Of a DNA stretch of 32,000 bases, positions 16,022 through 24,285 are shown piece by piece. The DNA lies in the NCBI GenBank assembly GCA_948329525.1, contig CAOJBM010000002.1, positions 12,635-44,634 on the forward strand, written 5' to 3'. Made by a program: the position numbers and the translations under genes. The stretch comes from an uncultured Mycoplasmatota bacterium. Its GTDB lineage: Bacteria > Bacillota_I > Bacilli_A > RF39 > UBA660. Position 1 is the stretch's first letter. Every line of letters begins with the position of its first letter. Under the pieces are notes generated by a model, which did no database searches, was not told the DNA's origin, and saw only the letters and a list, made by a program, of their open reading frames with translations.

Positions 16022-17502
16022 AACCTTTTTGGGTCGATTGGATAACCACCATTATAAGGCACACCAACATAAACCGCTAAATGTAAATGAACTCCTGTTA
16101 CAAAACCAGTATCTCCCATTGTACCTATTTTTTGTCTTGATGAAACCATATCTCCCGTTTTTACTTCAATTGAATTTAAATGAGCATAGGCAGAATAATA
16201 GCCATTAGAATGTCTTATAACTACACAATTACCTGCATTTCGACCCATAATGCCACCACGTCCCGCATCTATTACTTCTCCATCTCCTATAGCATAAATT
16301 GGAGAGCCTTTTCCAGTTCCAGAAATATCCAGTCCTTCATGCAAAACACCCCAACGATAACCAAATGGACTAGTTAAAACATATGGCGAATTAGTAGGCC
16401 ATGCCCATGAACCAGTTATAGGAATATAAGTACCATAATTAACCTTACGCCCTACTGTCACAATTTCTTTTTGCATTGGTCTTATTTCAATACTCTTAGC
16501 TTTATCAATAATAGCTTGGGAATTTTCTTCACCATTTTTAACTTGAATTTGTTTCGTAATACGAGTTATACCATTAACTCCTTCTTGTTCTACTTGACGA
16601 TAACCATTACTTTTAGAATAATCATACTTAGTTTCTGTTTCATAAGGTATTTCTTGGTCTTCAACAACTTCTGATTCATAAATTAATGATACCTCTGGAG
16701 AAGGAATTTCTATTGTGACTTTCTGTCCTACTGCTAACATCGCATCTGCACTTTTTATATTTGGATTAGCTATCAAAAATTCTTGCACGTTTAATTTCGC
16801 ATCATAAGCAATACTTTCAATTGTATCTCCTTTTTTTACTTTATAACTTTTTTGTTCCGTTTCATTTCCATACAAAAGATAATGAGTCAAATCCTCTGTA
16901 TTAGTATAAATACGCTCTAAAACACTAATATAAGACTCTTTAATTGTTATCGTTTCATCAAAATACATATTATTAATTATTTGCCCTATATCTACTATTT
17001 CTGGTTGTGTTCCATCTAAATAGTTTTGATATTGAGTTGCGTCAACAAATGTTGTAATAAAGTTTTTAATAGCATTCTCAAAAACGCTTCTATCTAAAAC
17101 ATAAATATATTTAGGAGCTGTATTTTCATCTTTACTTTTTATTGTTATTGTATATCCTTTTATCGTAAAGTTCTTTGCTTCTTTAATTCGGTTATAAATG
17201 TTATCAACCGTTGTTGTTTCAGCATTATATGTGGTATATTCCTCAATTTTAAACCCATTAGGAGGATAAACTTGATTAACATTATAATTATTTTTTATTT
17301 CAATTTGTTCTTTATTTATTAAGTCATATAATTCATCTCTATTGGCAATAAGTCCAACTTTTTCCCCATCAAGATATATTTGATAAACAGTATCAGGTTT
17401 TTCATATTTAAAGTCACCAAAAAACATTAATGCCGTTATTATTGAAAGAACTATTGTAATGATAATACTTGTTCTATATACTTTCAAATTTTCTTTATTC
17501 AT
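16006..17502 (-). CDS. membrane-anchored M23 peptidase with LysM and G5 domains
   Basis: N-terminal TM. LysM: YKVKKGDTIESIAYDAKLNVQEFLIANPNI...GQKVTI. G5-like: EIPYETETKYDYSKSNGYRQVEQEGVNGITRITKQIQVKNGEE...VTVGRK. M23: HEGLDISG and GVHLHLAV. Confidence 0.85.
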   Translation of the reverse strand: MNKENLKVYRTSIIITIVLSIITALMFFGDFKYEKPDTVYQIYLDGEKVGLIANRDELYDLINKEQIEIKNNYNVNQVYPPNGFKIEEYTTYNAETTTVDNIYNRIKEAKNFTIKGYTITIKSKDENTAPKYIYVLDRSVFENAIKNFITTFVDATQYQNYLDGTQPEIVDIGQIINNMYFDETITIKESYISVLERIYTNTEDLTHYLLYGNETEQKSYKVKKGDTIESIAYDAKLNVQEFLIANPNIKSADAMLAVGQKVTIEIPSPEVSLIYESEVVEDQEIPYETETKYDYSKSNGYRQVEQEGVNGITRITKQIQVKNGEENSQAIIDKAKSIEIRPMQKEIVTVGRKVNYGTYIPITGSWAWPTNSPYVLTSPFGYRWGVLHEGLDISGTGKGSPIYAIGDGEVIDAGRGGIMGRNAGNCVVIRHSNGYYSAYAHLNSIEVKTGDMVSSRQKIGTMGDTGFVTGVHLHLAVYVGVPYNGGYPIDPKRLWNLK

Positions 17503-17504
17503 AA

Positions 17505-18863
17505 TTATTCCTCTTCATCTAAATCTGCATCAGTTTCTAAGAAATTTCTAAAATTACTCATATTAAGTTCAAATAGTAGTTTAAACTTACCTGTTGAACC
17601 TTTACGATGCTTAGCTATAATTATATCACATGGAACATTTTTTTCTTTATTTAATTCTTCTTTTGGTTTCATATAATCTTTTCGATTAATAAATAATACC
17701 ATATCTGCATCTTGCTCTATAGAACCAGATTCCCTTAAATCAGCAAGCATTGGTTGATTACTTTCTCTTCTCTCAGCATTTCTTGATAATTGGGCTAGAG
17801 CAATAACAGGAACTTTTAATTCCATAGCCATTGTTTTTAAAGACCTTGATATTTCGGATACCTCTTGTTGTCTTGATTCTGGTCTTCTACCACCTGACGT
17901 AACTAACTGTAAGTAGTCGATAACAACAAGGCCTAAACCATCTTTACTACTAGCAAGACGACGACATTTAGCTCTAATTTCTGATGCTGTAATACTAGCA
18001 TTATCTTCTATATAGATATTTGTTTCAGCTAGTTGACTAATAGCTTCATTATATCTTTTCCAATCATTATGTTCAAGCATTCCTGTTTGTAATTTAAAGG
18101 AGTCAATTTGACCTACAGCACTAATCATTCTATTAGCAAGTTGTTCTGCTGGCATTTCTAAGTTAAATACAGCAATAGCTTTTTTTGTTTTAAATGCTGC
18201 ATTTGTTGCAATATTAAGAGCAAAAGCTGTTTTACCCATACCTGGTCGTGCTGCAATAATTATTAATTCACCTTCATGTAATCCTGCTGTGACATTATCT
18301 AATTTTGTAAATCCAGTTGTTATTCCCGTTACAACATTTTTATTTTGAGATAAAAACTCTAAATGTTCTTGAGCATTTTTTAAAACTTCTCTGATAGATA
18401 CAAATTCACTAGTTTGTCTACTTCTTACAACATTTAAAATATTTTTTTCAGCGTTATCTAAAAGAGCTGTCACGTTTTCAGAATCTTCATAAGCATCAGT
18501 AACAATAGTTGTAGCTGTATCGATTAAGTGTCTAACTGTTGCTTTTTCTTTAACTATTTTTATATAGTAATCTAAGTTAGCCGTCGTGGCTACAGAATCA
18601 ATTACTTCGGAAATATATTCTAATCCACCAACAGCATTTAAATTTTTTTTCTTATCTAATTCTTCTTTTACAGTAGTGATATCAATAGGTGTTTTTTCTT
18701 CGTACATTGTTTTAATTGCATTAAATAATTTTTTATTTTGAGGTTCGTAAAACATATCCTCAGTTAATTCTTCACATATTTTAGATAAAGCTTCTTGATT
18801 TAAAAAACTAACCCCTAAAACACTCATTTCTGCTTCTTTATTTTGAGGCATTTGTCTAGCCAT
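17505..18863 (-). CDS. dnaB: replicative DNA helicase (DnaB family; DnaC in Bacillus nomenclature)
   Basis: PQNKEAEMSVLG N-terminus, Walker A ARPGMGKTAFALN, VVIDYLQL, and SRSLKTMAMELKVPVIALAQLSR. I place the start at ATG 18863 (GAGGTGA SD), 4 nt after the rplI stop. Confidence 0.92.
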   Translation of the reverse strand: MARQMPQNKEAEMSVLGVSFLNQEALSKICEELTEDMFYEPQNKKLFNAIKTMYEEKTPIDITTVKEELDKKKNLNAVGGLEYISEVIDSVATTANLDYYIKIVKEKATVRHLIDTATTIVTDAYEDSENVTALLDNAEKNILNVVRSRQTSEFVSIREVLKNAQEHLEFLSQNKNVVTGITTGFTKLDNVTAGLHEGELIIIAARPGMGKTAFALNIATNAAFKTKKAIAVFNLEMPAEQLANRMISAVGQIDSFKLQTGMLEHNDWKRYNEAISQLAETNIYIEDNASITASEIRAKCRRLASSKDGLGLVVIDYLQLVTSGGRRPESRQQEVSEISRSLKTMAMELKVPVIALAQLSRNAERRESNQPMLADLRESGSIEQDADMVLFINRKDYMKPKEELNKEKNVPCDIIIAKHRKGSTGKFKLLFELNMSNFRNFLETDADLDEEE

Positions 18864-18867
18864 AGTA

Positions 18868-19311
18868 TCACCTCGCTTTAACACTAACTTTGATTTCTGC
18901 AATTACTTTTTTATGTAATTCTATTTTTACATTATGTACTCCTAATGAGTCGATTGGTAAGTCAAGCATTATTTTCTTTTTATCAACATTGTATCCATTA
19001 TTTTTTAATTCATCAACTATTTGTTTTGATGATACATTACCAAAAATACGACCATCATTCCCTGTTTTGACAAAAAACTCTAAATTAACATGTTCTAATT
19101 TTCCTTTTAATTCTTCACAAGATTTAATTAAAGCATCTTCATCTTGTTTTCTTTGTTCTAATTGTTTATTAAGTTGTTTTTTATTTCCTTCATTAGCAGG
19201 AAGAGCTAGACCATTTTTTATTAAGAAATTATTGGCATAACCTTCACTAACTTCAATTATTTCATCTTTCTTTCCTTGTTTCTTTACATCTTGTAATAAA
19301 ATAACTTTCAT
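18868..19311 (-). CDS. rplI: 50S ribosomal protein L9
   Basis: MKVILLQDVKKQGKKDEIIEVSEGYANNFLIKNGLA is the canonical L9 N-terminus. The size is 147 aa and it sits upstream of dnaB as in most Firmicutes. Confidence 0.92.
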   Translation of the reverse strand: MKVILLQDVKKQGKKDEIIEVSEGYANNFLIKNGLALPANEGNKKQLNKQLEQRKQDEDALIKSCEELKGKLEHVNLEFFVKTGNDGRIFGNVSSKQIVDELKNNGYNVDKKKIMLDLPIDSLGVHNVKIELHKKVIAEIKVSVKAR

Positions 19312-19382
19312 CTAATCACTCCTTAATAAGTCATCTTTCATATTATATCAAATTATATAGAAAAGGGAAATGCTTTAAAAAG

Positions 19383-19406
19383 AAAAAAATTCCTTATTTC
19401 AAGGAA
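19383..19406 (-). terminator. rho-independent terminator (minus strand) insulating rplI from upstream transcription
   Basis: The minus strand reads TTCCTT-GAAAT-AAGGAA followed by TTTTTTT. Confidence 0.5.
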
Positions 19407-19554
19407 GTTATTGGTATATTATAATTATCTAAAAATTTTTAAATTTTACTAATTTTTAAATTATTGTCTAAATATTTGAACAATAATTTAATTTTTGCTA
19501 AACAATAACAAGATTATTGCAAGAATTTCTTTTCAACAATCTAAAAATAGTAAT

Positions 19555-19583
19555 TTTACAAATATTTTTATTTGTGCTAAAGT
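19555..19583 (+). promoter_or_regulatory. sigma-A-type promoter for the small-ORF transcript
   Basis: TTTACA (19555-19560), a 17-nt spacer, then extended -10 TGcTAAAGT (hexamer 19578-19583). The predicted +1 is near A19591. Confidence 0.5.
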
Positions 19584-19667
19584 ATGACCTAGACACGAAA
19601 TATTGTTTAATGCCTTTATTTTTAGTGACTTCTTTAGAGGGTATTAAAAATTTGGAGGTGGATGCAT

Positions 19668-19748
19668 ATGAAGAGAATAATTGATCGATTATTTAAAATC
19701 ATATACATAATTCTATTTATGCAAATATGCTTGCTACTGCATAGATAA
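19668..19748 (+). CDS. 26-aa hydrophobic peptide, candidate type I toxin
   Basis: SD GGAGGTG (19654-19660) lies 7 nt before ATG 19668. The ORF reads MKRIIDRLFKIIYIILFMQICLLLHR then TAA. It has charged termini and a ~17-residue hydrophobic core. It is too short for the ORF track. Confidence 0.45.
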   Translation: MKRIIDRLFKIIYIILFMQICLLLHR

Positions 19749-19816
19749 AATAAACTGATACAGCAATGTATCAGCTCCAACCTTTTAAAGGCAACGAACA
19801 TATTTCGTGTCTTTAT
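19746..19816 (-). ncRNA. predicted ~70-nt cis-antisense RNA (candidate antitoxin), convergent with the small ORF
   Basis: Bounded by the minus-strand promoter at 19823-19851 and the hairpin plus T-tract at 19774-19746. The ends are predictions only. Confidence 0.4.
19755..19774. terminator. perfect 8-bp hairpin just after the small ORF; a terminator for the minus-strand antisense RNA
   Basis: CTGATACA-GCAA-TGTATCAG. On the minus strand it is followed by TTTATTTTAT. On the plus strand the tail is CTCCAACCTTTT, so the T-run starts only 8 nt after the stem. Confidence 0.55.
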
Positions 19817-19822
19817 ATTTAG

Positions 19823-19851
19823 ATAATAACATAGTTTTTAATGTATTTCAA
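19823..19851 (-). promoter_or_regulatory. sigma-A-type promoter for the antisense RNA
   Basis: The minus strand reads TTGAAA (19851-19846), a 17-nt spacer, then extended -10 TGtTATTAT (hexamer 19828-19823). Confidence 0.5.
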
Positions 19852-19857
19852 ATAAAT

Positions 19858-20529
19858 TTAATCTCGGTCATTATTTCCAAATATTAAAATAAGCCTTAAT
19901 ATCTGTAAAGCACTAGCTAAGACACCTGCAACGTAAGTCATCGCTGCACTAGTTAGTATTTTTTTACAACCAATATGTTCAGATGAAACAACTATATTTT
20001 CATCTTCTAATATTTTTAGGGCTCTTTTACTAGCATCAAACTCCACAGGTAACGTAATAAGTTGAAAGATAAGTCCTAACCCAGTTAAAGCAATCCCTAC
20101 ATAAACCAAGTCTAAGGCTTGCATAACAATGCCAATTAAAATAATTATATAAGATAAGCTTGTCCCTAAATTAACTATTGGGTAAATAAGACTTCTTAAA
20201 CGAAGCATAAAGTACTTTTCTTTATCTTGAATAGCGTGACCACATTCATGTGCTGCAATAGCAGCAGAAGCTATCGTTTCTCCATGAAATACTTCACTAG
20301 ATAATCTAACTACTTTTCTTGATGGGTCATAATGGTCAGTTAAGTTGCCTTTTACTTCAACAACATAAATATCTGATAAGCCATGGTTATCAAGTATCTT
20401 TCTTGCCACTTCTTGCCCACTTACTTTCTTTTCTAAGGATTGCTTTTTATAATTACTATAATTAATACTAATAAACATTTGGGCTATAGCTGGAATTAAA
20501 AGTATTAAAATTATAAGTATTAAATCCAT
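19858..20529 (-). CDS. YugP-family membrane zinc metallopeptidase
   Basis: LTDHYDPSRKVVRLSSEV and AAHECGHAIQ (HExxH) motifs. TM segments flank the domain, typical of PF04298-type proteins. Confidence 0.85.
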   Translation of the reverse strand: MDLILIILILLIPAIAQMFISINYSNYKKQSLEKKVSGQEVARKILDNHGLSDIYVVEVKGNLTDHYDPSRKVVRLSSEVFHGETIASAAIAAHECGHAIQDKEKYFMLRLRSLIYPIVNLGTSLSYIIILIGIVMQALDLVYVGIALTGLGLIFQLITLPVEFDASKRALKILEDENIVVSSEHIGCKKILTSAAMTYVAGVLASALQILRLILIFGNNDRD

Positions 20530-20581
20530 ATCATCACTCCTAATATAAATATAACACGCTTTTGTGAAGATTATGTTAAAT

Positions 20582-21892
20582 TTATAAAATATTTTTTGCT
20601 ACTAATTCTTCTCTTATTTTATCAGCATTACTAAAGTCTTTAGTTTCTTTATAAGAAAGCCATTTTTGATAAAGTTCTTTATCTTCAGTTGTTAATTCTT
20701 TTAAATCGTACTTCAATCCTAAAATAGTATTAATTAGATTAATTTTATCATAGGAAATAGTTATATCTTCCTTATTTCTTAAAGCACTATTTAAATCTTT
20801 TACTAATTCCATTAAATAACTAAGTAAATTAGGAGTATTAAAATCTTCATCCATTATCTCATTAATTCGTTCATCTATCTTTATTTTACCAACTTCTAAA
20901 TTTCCTAATTGTATTTGCAAATTAGCTTGTTTCAATACATCATTTATTTTTTTATCAACGATATTCGCCTCATTAAATAATTCATCTGTAAAATTAAGTG
21001 GTAGGCGATAATGCGTTTTAAATAAAGCTATTTTAATTATATTAGCTTTATGAAGTTTAATAAAATCTTTGGCTAAAATAAAATTATTTAAGCTCTTACT
21101 CATCTTTTCGCCATCAACATTAATATGGCCATTATGCATCCAGTAGTTAGCTAAAGTATTATTATTTAAGGCGATACTTTGAGCTATTTCATTTTCATGA
21201 TGTGGGAATTTCAAATCTACTCCTCCACCATGGATATCAATTTTTTCACCAAATAAGGAATTAATCATTACAACACATTCAGTGTGCCACCCAGGTATGC
21301 CTAAGCCCCATGGAGACTCAAATTGTTCTCCCTCAGTTGTCTTACGCCATAAAGCGAAATCCAAAGGACTTTCTTTTTTTTCGTCAACTTCTACCCTAAT
21401 CCCGCTTTTTAGTTCATTAATATCTTGATTAGATAAAATCCCGTAATCTTTTATCTTTTCAACCCTAAAATAAACATCACCATCTTTTTCATAAGCCATA
21501 TCTTTTTCAATTAATTTCGTAATAAAATTATAGATATCTTCCATATGTTCTATAACTCTTGGTCGATAATCAATTTTAGAACAATTATAATTTTCTAAAT
21601 CACTTAAGTAAGCTTTAATAAATTTATCAGCCACTTCTCGCTCAGTTATTCCAAGTTCTTTAGCAGCCGTAATTATTTTGGGATTAACATCAGTAAAATT
21701 AGAGGCATACAAAACATCATATCCTAAATACTTAAAATAATTATAAACCATATCAAAATTAATAACAGGACGCATATTACCAATATGAACATAGTTATAG
21801 ACTGTTGGTCCACAAACATACATTTTGACTTTGCCTTTTTCTATAGGAATAAATTCTTCTAACTTATCAGTCAAAGTATTATATATTTTCAT
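20582..21892 (-). CDS. cysS: cysteine--tRNA ligase
   Basis: VCGPTVYNYVHIGN (HIGH-type), GWHTEC, HHENE and KMSKS motifs. It lies 7 nt downstream of gltX. Confidence 0.92.
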   Translation of the reverse strand: MKIYNTLTDKLEEFIPIEKGKVKMYVCGPTVYNYVHIGNMRPVINFDMVYNYFKYLGYDVLYASNFTDVNPKIITAAKELGITEREVADKFIKAYLSDLENYNCSKIDYRPRVIEHMEDIYNFITKLIEKDMAYEKDGDVYFRVEKIKDYGILSNQDINELKSGIRVEVDEKKESPLDFALWRKTTEGEQFESPWGLGIPGWHTECVVMINSLFGEKIDIHGGGVDLKFPHHENEIAQSIALNNNTLANYWMHNGHINVDGEKMSKSLNNFILAKDFIKLHKANIIKIALFKTHYRLPLNFTDELFNEANIVDKKINDVLKQANLQIQLGNLEVGKIKIDERINEIMDEDFNTPNLLSYLMELVKDLNSALRNKEDITISYDKINLINTILGLKYDLKELTTEDKELYQKWLSYKETKDFSNADKIREELVAKNIL

Positions 21893-21899
21893 TAAATCA

Positions 21900-23327
21900 C
21901 TAACTTTCTAAATATTTAATAACTTCCTCTTTACCCATTAAATATACTTCATCGGGTAGCTCTGGTCCATGCATTTGTCCACTTATTTTTATTCTAATAG
22001 GCATATAAAGAAGTTTTCCTTTTACACTTGCTTTCTCTTTCGTGTTTTCGATAGCTAAAGCAATATTCTCTGTGTTCCACTCATCAATACTCTTTAACTC
22101 ATCAGTGAATACTTTTATCGTATTTGGTACAGACTCTTCTGTTTCCATAAACTCTTTACATTCACCAGTAATTTCAAAACCATCTTGGAAGAATAAGCTT
22201 GTAACATCACCAATTTCTTTTCCATAACTAATATGACTTTTATAAACTCTTAATAAATGATTAATCCATTCTTCACTTTTACTACTTAAATCATATGCGG
22301 AAGCCAGGAAAGGTTTAACCCATTTTACAAAGTCATCATCAGGCATATTTTTAATATATTGCTGATTAACCCATCTTAACTTTTTAACATCATATTGACT
22401 AGAGGATTTACTTAGTCTATGTTCATCAAAATTACTTATAAGTTCATCCATAGCAAAAATTTCTTGATTAGTTGCTGGACTCCAACCAAGTAAACATAAA
22501 TAGTTAACTATTGCTTCTGGAAGATACCCTTCATTATATAAATCCATAAATGAGGCATCGCCATTTCTTTTAGATAATTTATTTCCATCTTCGCCCATAA
22601 CCATTGCAACATGAATATATTCAGGTATTTCCCACCCAAAAGCACCATAAACAAGATTGTATTTAGCTGTTTGATCAAGGTATTCATGTCCTCTAATAAC
22701 ATGAGTAATACCCATTAAATGGTCATCAACAATATTGGCAAAATTGTATGTTGGATAGCCATCACTTTTAAGTAATATTTGGTCTTCTAAAACACTATTA
22801 TCTATTTTAATTGTTCCATGAATTAAATCATGAACTTCGGTTACACCTTCTTTAGGCATTTTCTGTCTAATAACATAAGGAATATTTTGAGCCATTTTTT
22901 CTGCAACTTCTTCTTTTGTTAACCTACTACATCTACCATCATATAAGAATGCAGTTTTTTTCTGTTCTGCTACACTTCTTTGATGATTTAGTTCTTCTTC
23001 TGTGCAAAAACAATAATATGCTTTCCCCATTTCAACTAGTTTTTCGGCATATTCCTTATAAATCTCTTTTCGCTCACTTTGAATATAAGGTCCAACACTA
23101 CCTGGATTATTCGGTCCTTCATCAATGTCAAAATGACATAACTCTAAAGTTTTATAGATAAAATCTATAGCACCTTCTACTTTTCTTTCTTGGTCAGTAT
23201 CCTCAATTCTTAAAATAAATTCTCCACTATTTTTTTTAGCAACTAAATATTCAAATATAGCTGTTCTTAAATTTCCTATATGCATAAATCCTGTTGGACT
23301 TGGTGCAAATCTTGTTCTTACTTTCAT
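21900..23327 (-). CDS. gltX: glutamate--tRNA ligase
   Basis: VRTRFAPSPTGFMHIGNLRTA (HIGH) and KLSKR (KMSKS-type). I place the start at ATG 23327, 8 nt after an AAGGAG SD. Confidence 0.92.
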   Translation of the reverse strand: MKVRTRFAPSPTGFMHIGNLRTAIFEYLVAKKNSGEFILRIEDTDQERKVEGAIDFIYKTLELCHFDIDEGPNNPGSVGPYIQSERKEIYKEYAEKLVEMGKAYYCFCTEEELNHQRSVAEQKKTAFLYDGRCSRLTKEEVAEKMAQNIPYVIRQKMPKEGVTEVHDLIHGTIKIDNSVLEDQILLKSDGYPTYNFANIVDDHLMGITHVIRGHEYLDQTAKYNLVYGAFGWEIPEYIHVAMVMGEDGNKLSKRNGDASFMDLYNEGYLPEAIVNYLCLLGWSPATNQEIFAMDELISNFDEHRLSKSSSQYDVKKLRWVNQQYIKNMPDDDFVKWVKPFLASAYDLSSKSEEWINHLLRVYKSHISYGKEIGDVTSLFFQDGFEITGECKEFMETEESVPNTIKVFTDELKSIDEWNTENIALAIENTKEKASVKGKLLYMPIRIKISGQMHGPELPDEVYLMGKEEVIKYLES

Positions 23328-23462
23328 TAAAAACACTCCTTTGTTTACTTATTTTACCATATTTTATGGAAAGTAAAAAAAGAAATTGCAACATAATTTA
23401 AATTTTAATATAATAATCATAATAAAAAATTATTATAGATTTATAAAAAAGGAGAAAGCTCT

Positions 23463-24263
23463 ATGTCAGAAATGAATAACAAAGATGATGTTATTATTCA
23501 ATATAAGAATGATAGTAAATTTAAAAAAAGGCAAAATTTTCACGATAAGTATAGCATCAATAAATATGGTTTTAGAAATTGGATGTTTGATAAATATAAA
23601 ATATTTGATGGTTGTAAAATATTAGAACTAGGTTGTGGCAATGGAATTATGTGGGACGAAAAATATAAAGAATTACCTCAAAATGTTGAATTGGTAATTT
23701 CCGACTTTTCTGAAGGTATGTGCAACATAGTTAAACAAAAACATTTAGAACACAATAACGTTCAAGTTGAACAAATTGATATACAAAAGATTCCTTATAA
23801 AGATGAAACTTTTGATATTGTAATTGCTAATCATATGCTATACCATGTTTCTGATGTAGATAAAGCCATCGAAGAAGTTCATCGTGTTTTAAAAAATAAT
23901 GGTATATTTTATGCTTCAACATTGGGTACTAATGGTTTTCAAAAGTACTTAAATCAGAAATTTGAAGAATTTAACTCAAATATGAATTATTTTAATATAG
24001 AGAACTGGTCTTTTACATTAAAAAACGGAAAAGAAGTATTAGAGAAGAAATTTAATAATATTCAAATGGATGAATATAAAGATTCAATAGAAATATCTGA
24101 TGAAAACGTGTTAGTCGAATGGATTTTTACTAGTGTTGTAATGCAAAATTTAGATAAAAATCAATTTAAAGGATTAGCCCAACACTTTGCTAAAGATAAA
24201 GATGAAAAAGGAATTATTCATATTCCTAAACAAATTGGATGTTTCATTGCGATAAAAGATTAA
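23463..24263 (+). CDS. class I SAM-dependent methyltransferase
   Basis: Motif I ILELGCGNG, a post-I acidic residue (ISDFS), and FDIVIANHMLYHV. GGAG SD upstream. Confidence 0.8.
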   Translation: MSEMNNKDDVIIQYKNDSKFKKRQNFHDKYSINKYGFRNWMFDKYKIFDGCKILELGCGNGIMWDEKYKELPQNVELVISDFSEGMCNIVKQKHLEHNNVQVEQIDIQKIPYKDETFDIVIANHMLYHVSDVDKAIEEVHRVLKNNGIFYASTLGTNGFQKYLNQKFEEFNSNMNYFNIENWSFTLKNGKEVLEKKFNNIQMDEYKDSIEISDENVLVEWIFTSVVMQNLDKNQFKGLAQHFAKDKDEKGIIHIPKQIGCFIAIKD

Positions 24264-24285
24264 CAAAAAAGCACATTACTGTGCT
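24264..24285 (-). terminator. hairpin terminator at the convergent junction
   Basis: AGCACA-TTAC-TGTGCT. On the minus strand it is followed by TTTTTTGTT. The TAA stop of the ClpC-like gene sits in the loop. Confidence 0.5.

Larger units (their letters stand above)
19591..19812 (+). repeat. 13-nt perfect inverted repeat bracketing the small-ORF transcript (putative 5'-3' fold-back)
   Basis: AGACACGAAATAT (19591-19603) is the exact reverse complement of ATATTTCGTGTCT (19800-19812). Confidence 0.7.

Noticed and set aside
23328-23462. A T-box or other riboswitch leader upstream of gltX-cysS.
   Set aside because: Only ~135 bp of very A/T-rich divergent promoter DNA is available. I could find no specifier-loop or T-box (AANNNGGGUGGUACCGCG-like) sequence and no terminator/antiterminator pair.
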